A stretch of DNA of 64,000 bases, from assembly GCF_006345805.1 (NCBI RefSeq), contig NC_042999.1:85932001-85996000 (forward strand), read 5' to 3'. The stretch's first letter is position 1, and every line of letters begins with the position of its first letter. Source of the stretch: Octopus sinensis. Taxonomy: Eukaryota. The notes below the pieces were generated by a model that saw only the letters and a program-made list of their open reading frames with translations, searched no databases and was not told the DNA's origin. The translations under genes and the position numbers were made by a program. Shown in pieces: positions 28,301 through 39,123 of this stretch.

Positions 28301-31300
28301 GGCCAAGTGAAATTGTAGTCGTGGCTGTTGCCAGTGTCATGTGAATGGCACCTGTGCTGGTGGCTTTTAAAAGGCACCCAATACACTCTCGGAGTGGTTG
28401 GTGTTATGAAGCGCATCCAGCAGTAGAAATCATGCCAAATCAGACTGGAACCTGGTGCAGCCCTCTGGCTTACCAGTTCCAGTCAAACTGTTTAACAAAT
28501 ACCAGCATGGAAAGCAGACGTTAAATGATGATGCTGATGATGGATGTCTTCATGACGAAATTTGAAACTCAGTTAGTGGAGACATTCAAATCCCTGCATG
28601 GTCATGAACCAATACTCTAGTTACAGTTCATTGATAACATCTTTTTTGTCTGGGAAAGATCATAGGACAGTTTAGTTAACTTTTTGCATTTCTGTGACTG
28701 TTATGCCAGCTTGCTACCTTTTTCTGTCATGTAATATTGAGAAAGGATTTTTCAATAATGATGTAGATCATTACTATTAAATTAGATATTTAGATTGATA
28801 GATCGATTAGATTAGGCATTTTACAAGTGGATAACCTTTCTAACACTAAGCAGTGAAAAGAAATGAGAACTGTCCATGACAGAGATTGAACTTATAATCT
28901 TTGATTCTATAATATAAACTGTGTAACAGATAGTATGAAATACTATCTAGGATAGAGGAATGATAGAAATACCTGTATGGAGTGTCTCTGAACCTTTATT
29001 AAAGTTTTTAAAAAAATTGCAGAAGCAATACTAGATATCACAGTAGTCACACAACAGACATTGTGAGTTTCCTGATAGATATTGTTTTTACAAAGAGTAT
29101 ATAAGTTTTCAAAACTTGCACATACAAAGATTTACTTTAGAGAAGTGAGAAATCACTTTCCACTCTAGATTAACAATCAAATGATCAAAGTGATATCTAT
29201 TTTGTTACCCTAGTTAACAACATTGATAGTAATGATGTTTGAACGTAGGAGTTATATGCCATTGACTTTGTTTTTTGTACTGAGTGAAAGTAAACTGAGA
29301 CGATAATGTTTTACAAACTGATCTAAGACACACACACACACCATAAATGGACATTATATTGTGAAATTAAAAGTAAAGATTTGCACACTTAACTTACCCT
29401 GGAATTTTGACTGAGATGCTTTTTTATCATTTCCTTGTATTGAACACAGAAATTCCAGCAAACTTGCCAAAACAAAATCAGTTGATGAATTTTTGCGACT
29501 CAACATTGCCTTGGAATCGTCAACACCTGAAAAATAAATTACCCAAATGGATAGTAAAATAATATATTATGAAATTTATAGAATAAACCAGCAATTGTGA
29601 ATTGGCAAATAAACCAAAATGTTAAACAATATTTGTTGAAGAGAAAGTTAGCAAGAACAGACAATATCGTCCAGTGCTGATTGATGTTTCAGATGCTGCA
29701 GTTCAATACCAAGAAGAATTATCAGAATTGCAACATGATGAGTCAGTGAAGACTTTGTTTAAATTGAAAGGTACAAATATGTGGCTATGTGACAAGGTTG
29801 AAAGAAAATACCCCAACATCTCTACATCAGCAAGAGAGCTATTGATTCATATTCCTTCGTCTAATTTGGTTGAATGTGGATTCAGCACAGTTGACAATTT
29901 GCTAGAAGCCAAGAGAAACCGGCTTGAAATTACAAAATGTGGTGATTTATGGCTGAAGTTAATGAAATTATCTCTTCAAATCAAGGATCTGTTCCGTATG
30001 CACCAGGCACAAGGTTCTCACTAAATGAGTCAAGGTATCCGTCAGCCAAATAATTGAATTAAAAATTGTGTTTCTCCATTAAAAAAAAATTTTGATGGGC
30101 ACCAGATTTTTTGTTATTAAAAAGTGGGGCACCGGAAAAAAGGTTGGGAAACACTGCTACAAAGCTTTATGAATTGGCATGCTGCTGCTATGACTTTTAC
30201 CTTAAATAATGCACAAATCATTAAAAAATTCTATGAAATTAATGAGAAAAGAAACAAGCAAGTCATTTGAGCATCCTGCTGACTGAACTAAGACGGTAGC
30301 TTTTGTATGTAAGGGAGAGAACTCTGTTATTGACTCGATACATTCACTGACACCCTGCTTAAGTAAATGTAAGTTACGTAGATAGAAGAATGAATGTCTG
30401 GACAGAACACACACGCATCCAACACTGCAAAACTATGCAGTAGTTTATTTTGTGGGTCGCAGGGTTGCAGGCTGTACAAGTTATGTTTCCTTTGCTGTCC
30501 AGTCTAATCTCATATGTCTGGTATTATTGTGTGATAAAGTGTGCATCAACAAGTCAAGCAATACTAGTTGTTTTGTATGGTATTTTACCTCTTTTTTAGA
30601 TCATGTTGAAAATGTCTGTCAGTTTAAAAAAAACCTTTCCGCTTTATGTTCCTTATTCTTTTTTGTTTAATTGCTTGATGCTGATCTTTATTTCTTACTG
30701 TGCAGTGAAGGCATGTTGTGAGGTTGACCCCAGTTATAATCAGGTTTGCTATTGCAATTGTCTAAATAGGTTTGTATGTTTTCATGTTATCCCCTATAAA
30801 ATGTTTTAGGTTGTTTTTACAATAATTTTGTTGAATGCATATATTGCAATGTCTATGTTATTGGTTGTGTTGTTACTTAGATCCTGATAGAATACATTTA
30901 TAATCAAAAGCATACTACTTGTGACCATCCTGTCATTATTTCAAGTTGTGTATCTAGCACTATTAGCCACTGTCTTTTTTTTTATGACTATAAGATGTGA
31001 TTGAAGGAAAATTTGGGTGCTATTTCTCATAGATCAAGCTGGCACATAGACGTTTCCTTGGTGGCTCATATTATTATAGCTAACAAAGGCAGTGATTTGG
31101 AGAATTGTCAGAATGTCAAACAAAGAGATGCTTGGCTGAATTTCTTCTGAGTTTAAGTTCTGAATTCAAATCTGACTGAGGTCAACTTTAGCTTTCATTT
31201 CTCCAGGATCACAAAAATAAAGTACTCAAGTACTGAGGTCGATGGTATCAACTACCTTCTCCCCTCAGAATTGCTGGCCTGCTATCGAAATTAGAAACAA

Positions 31301-34300
31301 TTATTATTATTATTATTATGATGTTAAAAGCATTTTGTCCATCTTTACATTCTGAGTTCAAATTCTGCCAAAGTTGATTTTGCCTTTCATCCTTTTGAGG
31401 TCAATAAAATGGGTACCAGTTGAGCAACTTATCCCTCCTTTGAAATTTCTGACCTTGTGCCAAAATTTGAAATTGTTATTATGATGTTAAAGGCAGTAGA
31501 CAGACAGAATAGTGAGAGCATTGGATAGATCCTGCCTTGTGGTAATTGTTCTGGTTCTTTAAATTCTTGCATTCATTTACAAAGGCCAGCTATATCTATC
31601 AGCCTTTCAAGGTCAATACAATAAAGTACTAGCTAAGTGCTGGGGTCAGCTACTTCTAATGAACCATCTGGGATTTAAGAGGTTCAATTTCCAGTACATC
31701 TATTTCATATGAAGCTTACATTCTTGGATAATTTGCCAGTGATTCCACTAAATCACTTGTGTATTCATAGCTTATATTGAATATAGTGTAGAGAAGTCAT
31801 AACTTCCTCTTTTCTACATATTGAGCAAGATCATTTCTCTGAAGGTACGAAGGTCCCGTCTTCTTTCTTACAAACTAAAGCTTTCATCTTTGCCAGGTTT
31901 ATCTTAAGTCCCCTCAATTCCAGGTTTAGCTTCCATAACTGAAAGATGGTAGGATGTGATCTGAGTGAAATTTGGTTGCTATTTCTGGTGAGTGACTATA
32001 TAAAAACTTCCTCATTGGTTTCTGTCCAGTATGTTCTATCTAATGACCATCAATGTTGAAATTTCCCTTATTTGACAGGCCTTCCAGCTACTCTTTGAAT
32101 ATCTGTTTTAGAATCGACTACTATGTATTGATTCCCTTTTTAAACAGTAGGGAATGGCTTGAGGGAGATGTAGTTGTTGTTGCTGATGATAATAATGTTT
32201 TTGCAGGTTGATAAAATTTAACCATGCAAACTGTATGCTTATTTAAGACAATATTATACAGATTAGTAAGATATTGACAACAGCATGGACAACAGATCTA
32301 TTAACAGATGCAGTCCATCTTTTTAATGCATAGGACTACATTCTATAATGTAACCTTTCTTTTATAACTCAATAGGGTAGGATATGAAGGAAATTTAGTT
32401 AAGTAGGATTGTATATTATAAGTGGTTAACATACTGAGTTATCCATAACAAGATACTTAAGTTTCAGTAGTTGAGTCTACCAACCTCTAATCAGAGAGAT
32501 TCTAAAAAGTAGTATAGCTTACTGTTGCAAAAAGTAAAATTGACCATCATTTCATTAACTTTAGTGCTGAATTAAAATTATTTTTTTTGTGACAAATATC
32601 CTTAAGACTGTTATCGTGCTCTCATAACTCAACGACATCACAGAGAAAATCATAACCATCATTATTTTGTTAAAATATAATTACAGACTTACCATCAAAC
32701 TTCTTCATCTTTTTAGCATCTTCAATTTTAAACATACTTTGCCAATCTAGAGAAGTACCAATAAATGAATTTAAGTTTGGCAAAAGAGCATCAAAATTAT
32801 TAATGGACAGAATGCGGTGAATAAATTGTTGTCTAAGTTACTCAAAAATGAAAATAACACTATCTCATTTTAACAAATATATTTCCCAAAATTACATAAA
32901 AATATCTTGAAATACTAAAGAGTAAATTTATTGAATAAAATCACCATTGGCTTCAACCACAGCCTCCAGATGACTTTAGAATCTCCTACAACTCTTCTGG
33001 ATGGTCTCCTTGTTTAAGTTGGTGAATGGTGTCATAATCCTTGCCTTCAGTTCATCTTTGGTGTTACAAGGAGTTTTGTTGGTCTCTCACTCAACTTCAT
33101 CCCACACATAATAATCAAGGGGGTTGCAGTCTGGGGAGTTAGGTAACCAGATTTTAGGGGTGATTGCAGAAAATTGTTTGACAGCCATAACTGGGTTCTG
33201 CTTGTGTGACATGGTGCAGAGTCCTGTTGCCAGACACAGGGTCATCCAGCAGCCACCCTTTTGACCCAGGGCAGCATTACCTCCTCCAGGCACTTGATGA
33301 AGGCCTCCATGTTGAGTCTGAGGCTGTGTGGAAAGATGAATGGAGGCATAACGTTGCCATCACTAGTGATCACTCCAACCACCAAAATGTTGACTGGATG
33401 TTTGATTTTTATCACTCTCAGTACATGTCCTCAGATTGACACCCAAACACTCTGAAATGTTTGTATTGGAACTTCTGGTGTGAATGCCAAGCAGTATAGC
33501 ATGTCATCTCCAAATTTGTGGCAGAGTGAATTGCATCATGGTGCTGTTTTTATCACAGACGATGCCCAACTGACCCTACTATACTGTGTAGTTGACAAAA
33601 TCAAAAACAAACAATGCAATGTGCATGTACGAAATAAAAATATAAAATGGCAACAGTTTACCTTTTGCACCCTGTACAGACAATGTAGTGAGTAAGATTT
33701 AAATGAATAACACCTATAAAACAATATATTATCAAAATAAAACATCATATTGAAGTTTCAGTCAGAATTGCTATGAGTAATCCGGTGCTTTTTCCCATAT
33801 TAAACAAAGATAACAGATTTATTATCTCTATGGGACACATGGTGTGATTAGATTATTATATTGTAATCAATCTAAATCTTTTCACTCATTAGAAGGTTTA
33901 GTTGAACAAATGGTTTTGTAAAGTTTGGTACTTATTTTATTGGTCTCTTTGATGAACTGGGATGTAAACAAACCAACATCCTGTCTTTCCACTTCTTGTA
34001 ATCTTTACTGTATTTTTCGTCTGGTCCTACACTAAATAATTTTCTCTAATCTTCCTCTCCAGAATTGCATCCCTCATAAATTCATTACTGCCAACACCAC
34101 CACACATTTTTCCTAAATATGTTAACCAACAGAAGTTCAACTTCCACATTTATTACCTGAATCTCACTAGTTTGGGAAATCCTACAAAAGTCATAGGTAT
34201 TACTTCTCTTCCTCTAACTAAAAGCATATACAACACAACAAATTAACAACAAAAACCAAAATAAAATAGCTAAGGTACTAACCATCACTTTTCACCAGAT

Positions 34301-34328
34301 TCAGAGGAGTAAGCTTTTTCCTTTGCAG
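1791..34328 (-). CDS. EIF2AK1: eIF2-alpha kinase, HRI/EIF2AK1-like; spliced CDS of 15 predicted exons, 3' end outside window
   Basis: Manual join of GT-AG exons 34283-34328, 32693-32746, 29398-29526, 27322-27446, 25531-25568, 24014-24083, 22694-22777, 22424-22517, 20224-20287, 11810-11915, 9840-9948, 8398-8492, 5025-5121, 2707-2792, 1791-1931. Every junction is phase-compatible. The protein has the HRI N-terminal signature (LASLLEFLC...DEFQGLR) and eIF2a-kinase motifs (RYEVEFE, GQGGFG, YAIKKI, EVKTLASLKHKNIVGYNSAWLE, LYIQMELC, HRDIKPANIFL, VKIGDFGLA, GTSTYSAPEQ, SDIYSLG). Confidence 0.85.
2707..2792 (-). CDS. EIF2AK1: Kinase exon, activation segment (ENFVSLSVGVGTSTYSAPEQLNSSNYDTK)
   Basis: gttttag acceptor, gtaaac donor, 86 nt, phase 1-0. 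Confidence 0.92.
3221..3438 (+). mobile_element. Mariner-derived MITE
   Basis: About 29-bp TIRs, TA TSD; carries transposase C-terminus KCVNLRGEYVE*. Confidence 0.85.
5025..5121 (-). CDS. EIF2AK1: Kinase exon, subdomains VIb-VII (PANIFLQENFSVKIGDFGLAKRSYSSDSDVSK)
   Basis: tttacag acceptor, gtaaag donor, 97 nt, phase 0-1; DFG motif. Confidence 0.93.
6779..7000 (+). mobile_element. Third tRNA-derived SINE family; headless duplicate at 6410-6629; related copy at 19035-19345
   Basis: TGGCTTAGTGGTTAGG and GAGTTCAATTCC boxes; CCTTGAGCAAGACACTT core. Confidence 0.75.
7061..8154 (-). mobile_element. Ty3/gypsy LTR retrotransposon remnant: 5' LTR, PBS and decayed gag
   Basis: TG...CA LTR 8154-7956 (199 bp); PBS-like TGGTGATGAGG directly after; Q-rich start then EFKHEPNGVTFEAYYRRYEQIF...VNRECEKFKLDELMPDMFKCLIF. 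Confidence 0.75.
8398..8492 (-). CDS. EIF2AK1: Kinase exon, subdomain VI (RIDAVNNLKILQETVEGLEFIHSRGIIHRDIK)
   Basis: ttctcag acceptor, gtaaaa donor, 95 nt, phase 1-0; HRD catalytic loop; lies inside track ORF 8248..8523. Confidence 0.93.
9840..9948 (-). CDS. EIF2AK1: Kinase exon, subdomain V (QYKSCKTLYIQMELCEQTLEDWLNSRNREDDKPLIE)
   Basis: poly-T tract then tagcag tandem acceptor, gtaagt donor; LYIQMELC is diagnostic of eIF2a kinases. Confidence 0.93.
10293..11200 (+). mobile_element. Internally deleted CRE-clade-like non-LTR retrotransposon (RT plus restriction-like endonuclease tail)
   Basis: KPNGDLCPIAVGCTFRRLTAKV, QLGVGTKLGCEAAAHA, LKLDLKNAFN, QGNPLGP, VWYLDD, then VAFETFGGVG...QCISLAITCGN; followed by (TA)n. 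Confidence 0.75.
11810..11915 (-). CDS. EIF2AK1: Ser-rich kinase-insert exon (GFQKLNIKELDSSSNSSDISESSDNQLCNSQGSPVI)
   Basis: long pyrimidine tract plus ttcaag acceptor, gtaagt donor, phase 2-0, fits both neighbours. Confidence 0.75.
12597..12794 (+). mobile_element. Mariner-derived MITE, same family; a half copy lies at 12349-12428
   Basis: Same internal sequence and TIR as 3221-3438; TA flanks. Confidence 0.8.
13044..14030. mobile_element. Helitron/Helentron-like remnant
   Basis: ACTAGCAG...CCCGGCGTTGCTCG subterminal motif at 13044; minus-strand RASETQEGRQNRLQ and REQETSEKRQVRLE repeats resemble RepHel N-termini. Confidence 0.55.
14300..16309 (+). mobile_element. 5'-truncated RTE-clade LINE with RT motifs, PHD-like finger and internal duplications
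   Basis: Open frame from about 14303: HQGSALSPLLF, LLYADD (14423-14434), C4HC3 finger, FRYLG; (GAT)n tail at 16295-16309. Confidence 0.93.
16349..16760 (+). mobile_element. Bipartite tRNA-SINE copy
   Basis: Same head, core and tail as 39603-40018. Confidence 0.82.
17020..17520 (-). mobile_element. Degenerate 3' fragment of a different (BovB-like) RTE LINE
   Basis: Manual translation gives QLDIFHKDCLRTIC...QLCWIGHVFRMSDETIPKALMYSQL. Confidence 0.65.
20224..20287 (-). CDS. EIF2AK1: Kinase-insert exon (DPSNEGPEMECFSYSGLTPNA)
   Basis: ttttttttccag acceptor, gtaata donor, 64 nt, phase 1-2; bridges the phase gap between exons 22424-22517 and 11810-11915. Confidence 0.75.
20374..21401 (-). mobile_element. 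RTE LINE 3' fragment with 66-bp 3' UTR array and 59-bp duplication
   Basis: Reverse complement matches the 3' end of the 332-1620 copy; (CAT)n at 20374. Confidence 0.85.
22424..22517 (-). CDS. EIF2AK1: Kinase exon, subdomains III-IV (ILDEVKTLASLKHKNIVGYNSAWLEQDIFMT)
   Basis: poly-T ccag acceptor, gtaagt donor, 94 nt, phase 0-1. Confidence 0.93.
22694..22777 (-). CDS. EIF2AK1: Kinase exon, subdomain II (AINKLDGRNYAIKKIWLKDNESTIEIKR)
   Basis: tgtcag acceptor, gtgagt donor, 84 nt, phase 0-0; catalytic Lys in YAIKK. Confidence 0.93.
24014..24083 (-). CDS. EIF2AK1: Kinase exon, subdomain I (YERYEVEFEDVGPIGQGGFGSVRQ)
   Basis: attccag acceptor, gtaatt donor, 70 nt, phase 2-0; Gly-rich loop. Confidence 0.92.
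25531..25568 (-). CDS. EIF2AK1: Small linker exon (IPLNKLPQNIQV)
   Basis: tttttgcag acceptor, gtaagt donor, 38 nt, phase 0-2, exactly the phase required between its neighbours. Confidence 0.78.
26985..27185 (-). mobile_element. Short tRNA-like SINE family (CTGAGTTCAAATTC / CTTTCATCCTTT); representative copy
   Basis: Recurring degenerate copies near 5740-5930, 6200-6340, 19590-19790, 27540-27890, 31085-31470, 37745-37940. Confidence 0.65.
27322..27446 (-). CDS. EIF2AK1: N-terminal domain exon (DISSFLIDKDLLNPSSTLDEFQGLRANISKILFNLLFFKQLH)
   Basis: ttattccag acceptor, gtaagt donor, 125 nt, phase 1-0; DEFxxLR motif of HRI. Confidence 0.88.
28086..28541 (+). mobile_element. Degenerate RTE LINE 3' fragment
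   Basis: Similar to the 3' ends of the other RTE copies; (GAT)n tail. Confidence 0.8.
29398..29526 (-). CDS. EIF2AK1: N-terminal domain exon (GVDDSKAMLSRKNSSTDFVLASLLEFLCSIQGNDKKASQSKFQ)
   Basis: tttttcag acceptor, gtaagt donor, 129 nt, phase 1-1; SLLExL motif of HRI. Confidence 0.88.
29660..30156 (+). mobile_element. hAT (Charlie/Buster-like) transposon 3' remnant
   Basis: ORF 29674..30024 has a hAT C-terminal dimerisation-like segment (PSSNLVECGFS...RNRL...HQAQGSH); TIR AAAAGGTTGGGAAACACTG ends at 30156. Confidence 0.8.
32693..32746 (-). CDS. EIF2AK1: Exon carrying the probable start ATG at 32735 (MFKIEDAKKMKKFD)
   Basis: ctctag acceptor, gtaagt donor, phase 1 into exon 29526; in-frame ATGs at 32735 and 32708. 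Confidence 0.7.
32928..33674 (-). mobile_element. Tc1/mariner-superfamily transposase remnant
   Basis: WLPNSPDCNPLDYYVW motif and LEAVVEANGDFIQ* C-terminus; CACCCTG-TA terminus at 33674. Confidence 0.75.
34283..34328 (-). other. EIF2AK1: Probable upstream exon of the kinase gene; either 5' UTR or coding (LQRKKLTPLNLVKSD)
   Basis: ttctatttgtctacattttcag acceptor, gttagt donor, 46 nt; open in the kinase frame but with no in-frame ATG. Confidence 0.55.
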
Positions 34329-34699
34329 CTGAAAATGTAGACAAATAGAAAGTTAATGAATATATTTCTAAACATTTTTACATTTCATCAGCTTAAAAAA
34401 AACAAAAAGCACCCTCACCAAAAACAAAATATAAAAAAAACAACAAAAACACCCATTCTATTTAAAAATAAAATTAAAATTAAGTTAACAACCTAGTGAC
34501 ACAGTTGATTATAGACAAGAAAATATATTTTCATAATTTGAGAATATGTCCTGCTTATGTTTTGTCTAGCAACATGTTATTCACTTTGAATTTTATTTGA
34601 AAATGTCATATGTGAAAATTATGAAAATATAAAAGAAATATGGACTGAGTACATTTGCTGATTAAGAGAATCTCATCTGCCTCTTAACCTTTAGTTCAG

Positions 34700-35170
34700 A
34701 AGCTCTCAGTCAGATTGGATCATTACTAGATGTGCTGATGGAACCCTCTTTAAGACTCCACATTCTTTCAACCCTTTTGTGCATCCAGTACAACAACGAC
34801 ATATTTACAGTCACTTCCAACAATGTATTAAGTAGCTGATACCACCTTTCACTCCTTAACTTTCCTGATTCACATTAGTTATCACATGCAACCCGCACAT
34901 CCCGCACTAAAACTGAGGTTCACAAGCAGAAACCTCAAAAACATTCTCCAGTGGGGTTATATCAATCTTGTTTCCTTCAACTGTACTTATGAAGAAAACA
35001 CTCCTGTACTCCCACCACCCTTAACCATGGACAACATAAAACTAAAGCCTTCAAAGTTGCTGCAAATGTTAAACCTTACAATTACTGATGATCTCTCCTG
35101 GTAGTCTCACACACACAACATAGTAAACACTGGCCTTTCGAACAATACTAAAACTTCAAATATTTGCTAA
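34700..35170 (+). mobile_element. Degenerate CR1/L2/Jockey-type LINE RT fragment
   Basis: Decayed RT-like segments: YNNDI...ADTT...KTEV and LTITDDLSWxSH (end of track ORF 34886..35104). Confidence 0.5.
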
Positions 35171-36107
35171 CTCTCAGGAATATTGTTCCCACATTTGAGA
35201 TGGAGTGGTTGCTGTACACACTGTCATCCTAGATTGCATCCACAGATATCCTGATTGACTGGCACATAGTCACTATAAACATTGACCTATAGACACACTA
35301 TGTTCTTACTCTGTCTTTGCTATTGTTATTACAGTAACTTCTGCTGCTTGGAGGTGACTGGTCTCATACCTTTCCCACATAATCCCATCTGATTCACAGT
35401 TCTGTTTTAATCTCATAAATTACATTATGAGCACTTCCTCTAGGCACCATATTCTGTCTTGTCTCTTGCAAGAATGTCAGCCACCAGGAACACCCTCCTT
35501 GACCCATGATATTTTTGCCGATGATCAGAAACATCATCTGTGTCAATTTCATTGATTTCAAAGGGACCACAAATGCCATGTGCCACAATCCCACCATTGT
35601 GACCAAAGTATATATATATAAAAAAAACCCAAAAAACATGGTAAATACCTTGTAACTTCTTTATATAGATAAGATGTAAAAAATAAATGTGGTGATATTT
35701 TTGATAGGTTTTTTGATCATCAGCAAAAGTTTCAACTTTAGTTAGTGTATTAAGAGTAAGTTAATCAGGAAGAGACTGTGTCTAGACCATTGACTATGGC
35801 TATAAACCACAATTAAGAGGATTAAGTAAAGCAATGTAGATTCACATAAATCATAAATAAGAGGATTAAGTGAAGTGGCCCAGCTTAACTGGGAATCACA
35901 GACTTGGCTTTGTGTGAGCTTTTCATCACTCTGTACTGCCTGAACTATATATCATACTAATATTTATTTATAGATGGAGCCCCAATTAGGTAGTAAAGAA
36001 GTCTGATCTACTGCATTACACCTTGGGCAAGGTCTTTTACCAGAAAAAGCTTCTACTAAAATCATGAGCAACTAAAATCTGGTAGATGAAGCCTATACAC
36101 ACATATA

Positions 36108-36208
36108 CAGTAATACCTCACTTTACGGGGACCCTCTTTACGAACTTTTATTTTTTGTTTACGAGCGTTCTTTGTGAACGAATTAACTCGTATATCGAGG
36201 TATTACTG
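36108..36208. mobile_element. Tigger/pogo-type mini-MITE
   Basis: TIR CAGTAATACCTC ... GAGGTATTACTG; TA on the left. Confidence 0.65.
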
Positions 36209-36294
36209 ATATCTCAGCAATTAGTAAGCAAAAAGAGAATACTTGATGTTTCAGTTGCCTCCCTTTAAGCTTGCTTAACACATAAAGCGGGTTG

Positions 36295-36378
36295 GGCCAC
36301 GATCATGACCGTTAGGCAGAGGTCGACAGGCCACGATCATGACCGTTAGGAAGAGGTCGACAGGCCCCGATCGTGACC
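36295..36378 (+). repeat. 34-bp tandem repeat, 2.5 copies
   Basis: ggccacgatcatgaccgttaggcagaggtcgaca starting at 36295, 36329 and 36363. Confidence 0.9.
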
Positions 36379-36771
36379 TAGATAGATGCATTTAGTTTAT
36401 GGGTGTTTGTTGGGGGTCTAATGTCATTCAAACGCTCTGATACCCCTCAGAATGCAAGAGAACTAATAGTTCAACTAATGACTTTTCAGATGATGTAAAA
36501 CATGCCACCATTATATACCAAGAAGATATTTTAACTATTTTTTTGCTTTTTTGTGCATAGCAGTCTCATTTTTATAATATGTGCTCAGCAGTCTATGCTA
36601 TGTAAGTGCAAATCTCAGCACTTTATGGGTTAACTGTGCTTCTTTCTCTTTTATGGTCAATAGAATAAACTAAGTACTGGGACCACTATAATCAGCAAAA
36701 AGTGTTGCTCTAGCATGGTCTCAGTCCAATGACTAAAACAAATGTATGTCTGTGTGTGTGAGCGTGTGCAT

Positions 36772-36816
<45 letters not shown>

Positions 36817-36876
36817 CATGTGTATATGATTGGTTTAATAAATGAAAAAAAAAGAGAAAATTTTTGTAACATGTAT

Positions 36877-37168
36877 GGAGCGCAATGGTCCAGTGGTTAG
36901 GGCAGTGAACTCGCAGTTGTAAGATTGTGGTTTCGATTCCCAGACTGGGCGTTGTGAGTGTTTATTGAGCGAAAACACCTAAAACTCCATGAGGCACCCG
37001 CGGGGTGGGTGGCGATCCCTGCTGTACTCTTTCGCCACAACTTTCTTCTGTTGGCCTGCTCACTTAGCTAGCAGGGTGGCGTCATCTGAAGGGTAAAACA
37101 ATGCAAAGCGCATTGTGACCAGCGATGTGTAGCAACATCTGATAGCCTGGTCGGTCATGGTCATGGTA
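36877..37168 (+). mobile_element. Second tRNA-derived SINE family
   Basis: TGGTCCAGTGGTTAGG A-box-like, GTTTCGATTCC B-box-like, short (GGTCAT)n-like tail. Confidence 0.7.
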
Positions 37169-37276
37169 TAGAAGTTTAAACCACCTGAGTTGAGAATAAA
37201 TGTAGTTTAGACTACAATGTGACTGCAAATAGTGAGTTGTTGCATAAATAGAAAATTCACAATACTAGCATTCACC

Positions 37277-37680
37277 ATCATCATCATCGTTTAATGTCCA
37301 CTTTCCATGCTAGCATGGGTTGGACGATTTGACTGAGAACTGGCGAACCAGATGGCTGCACCAGGTTCCAATCTTGATCTGGCAGAGTTTCTACAGCTGG
37401 ATGCCCTTCATAATGCCAACCACTCCGAGAGTGTAGTGGGTGCTTTTACATGCCACCAGCATGAGGGTCAGTCAGGTAGTACTGGCAATGGCCATGCTTG
37501 AAATGGTGTTTTTTACATGCCACCTGCACAGGAGTCAGTCCAGTGGCACTGGCAATGATCTCGCTCGAATGTTTTGTTCACATGCCACTGGCACAAGTGC
37601 TAGTAAGGCGACGCTGGTAACGATCATGCTCAAATGGTGATTTTTATGTGCCACTGGCATGGAAGCCAGACAGCCGGTTG
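37277..37680 (-). mobile_element. RTE 3'-tail-only copy; others at 140-331, 9330-9590, 17740-17990, 24870-25040, 26130-26381, 26676-26980, 38255-38650, 44650-44865, 62353-62762
   Basis: (CAT)n + CGTTTAATGTCC...GGATGCCCTTC...GCCAACCACTCC, matching the 3' UTR of the RTE copies. Confidence 0.8.
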
Positions 37681-39123
37681 CTGTAAAATACAGTTAGAAA
37701 CAGAATACAAAAAGCTAAAACAATAGTAATCTTTTCACATCAAAGGCAGCTGGCAGAATTATCAGCATGCTGAGTAAAATGCTTAGTGACATTTTGTCTG
37801 TCTTCTGAGTTCAAATTTTGCCTTTCATCCTTTCAGGGTTAATAAAATAAGAGCCAATTGAGTACTGGGGTTGATGTAATCAACTTATGCCCTTCACGAA
37901 AGTAGCTGACTTTGTGCTAAAATCTGAAACCAATATTACTTTCCACATTCAAAATATACTATGTATTAGAATACATATGCTGCATCTCTCCACATCATCA
38001 GACATGACTAAAATGGGCAATGATAGGAAAGGCATAAAACACAACTATAGAAAAAAACGTCTAACTCATGCGAGCATAGAAAATTGGATGTAAAATGCTG
38101 CTGAATTCAAAATGTATCAAATAAAAATCAGCTCAAAATGTGTGTTAATTCTCATTAGATATAATTAATTATATCCATCAAGTCATGTTACTTATGTAAT
38201 ATTAACACTAATTTACATTAATTATTGTTCCTTTGTGTGAATTTTCATAGCATACGAGAGATCGTTGCCAGAGTAACAAGCTGGCATGTTAAAAACACCA
38301 TTTGAGTGTGATTGTTACCTGCGTCGCCTTACTAGCACTTGTGCTGGTGGCATGTGAAAAAAATATTTGAGTGAGGTCGTTGCCAGTGCCGCTGGACTGG
38401 CTCCTGTGCAGGTGGCACATAAAAGCACCATTTGAGCGTGGTCATTGCCAGTACTGCCTGACCCTCATGCCGGTGGCACATAAAAGCACCCATTACACTC
38501 TCGGAGTGGTTGGTGTTAGGAAGGGCATCCAGCTGTAGAAACTTTGTTAGATCAGATTGGAGCCTGGTGCAGCCATCTGGTTTGCCAGACCTCAGTCAAA
38601 TCGTCCAACCCATGCTAGCATAGAAAGCGGACGTTAAACGATGATGATGGCAGACCAGCAAAGGATGACTAATTCCCTATATGTCCTAAGTTATACAGTT
38701 CAACTTCTGGATAAATAAGTGATGCACTTTCTGAAGAATCAATAATAATTCCAGTATATATGGAATGAATATAGGTAAGAATGGTAATAGTTATTAGATA
38801 ATGATTAGAATATTTGCTTAGTCCCTAGAAAATATATGATTTGCATCCTGTCAAAATCATTACATATTTTCTTTTGAAACACAATGCCTACACCAGTTAA
38901 AATTAACATTAAAAAACCAGAAAACTCAGAAGAAATAAATTGAACGCCAAAGAAAATCATGTTTCTACTGACAAGCAGAAGGTTCTCAATACGAAACATG
39001 CTTAATTTATGACTTTGTTCTCTGATAAGATGAGGATATAATGTTGTTTGCCTATTGGGGTTGTTGCTGTTTAGTTTCAGGTCAGTTGATTCAAGAAACT
39101 TAGGATTAAAAGCATTCCAACAA

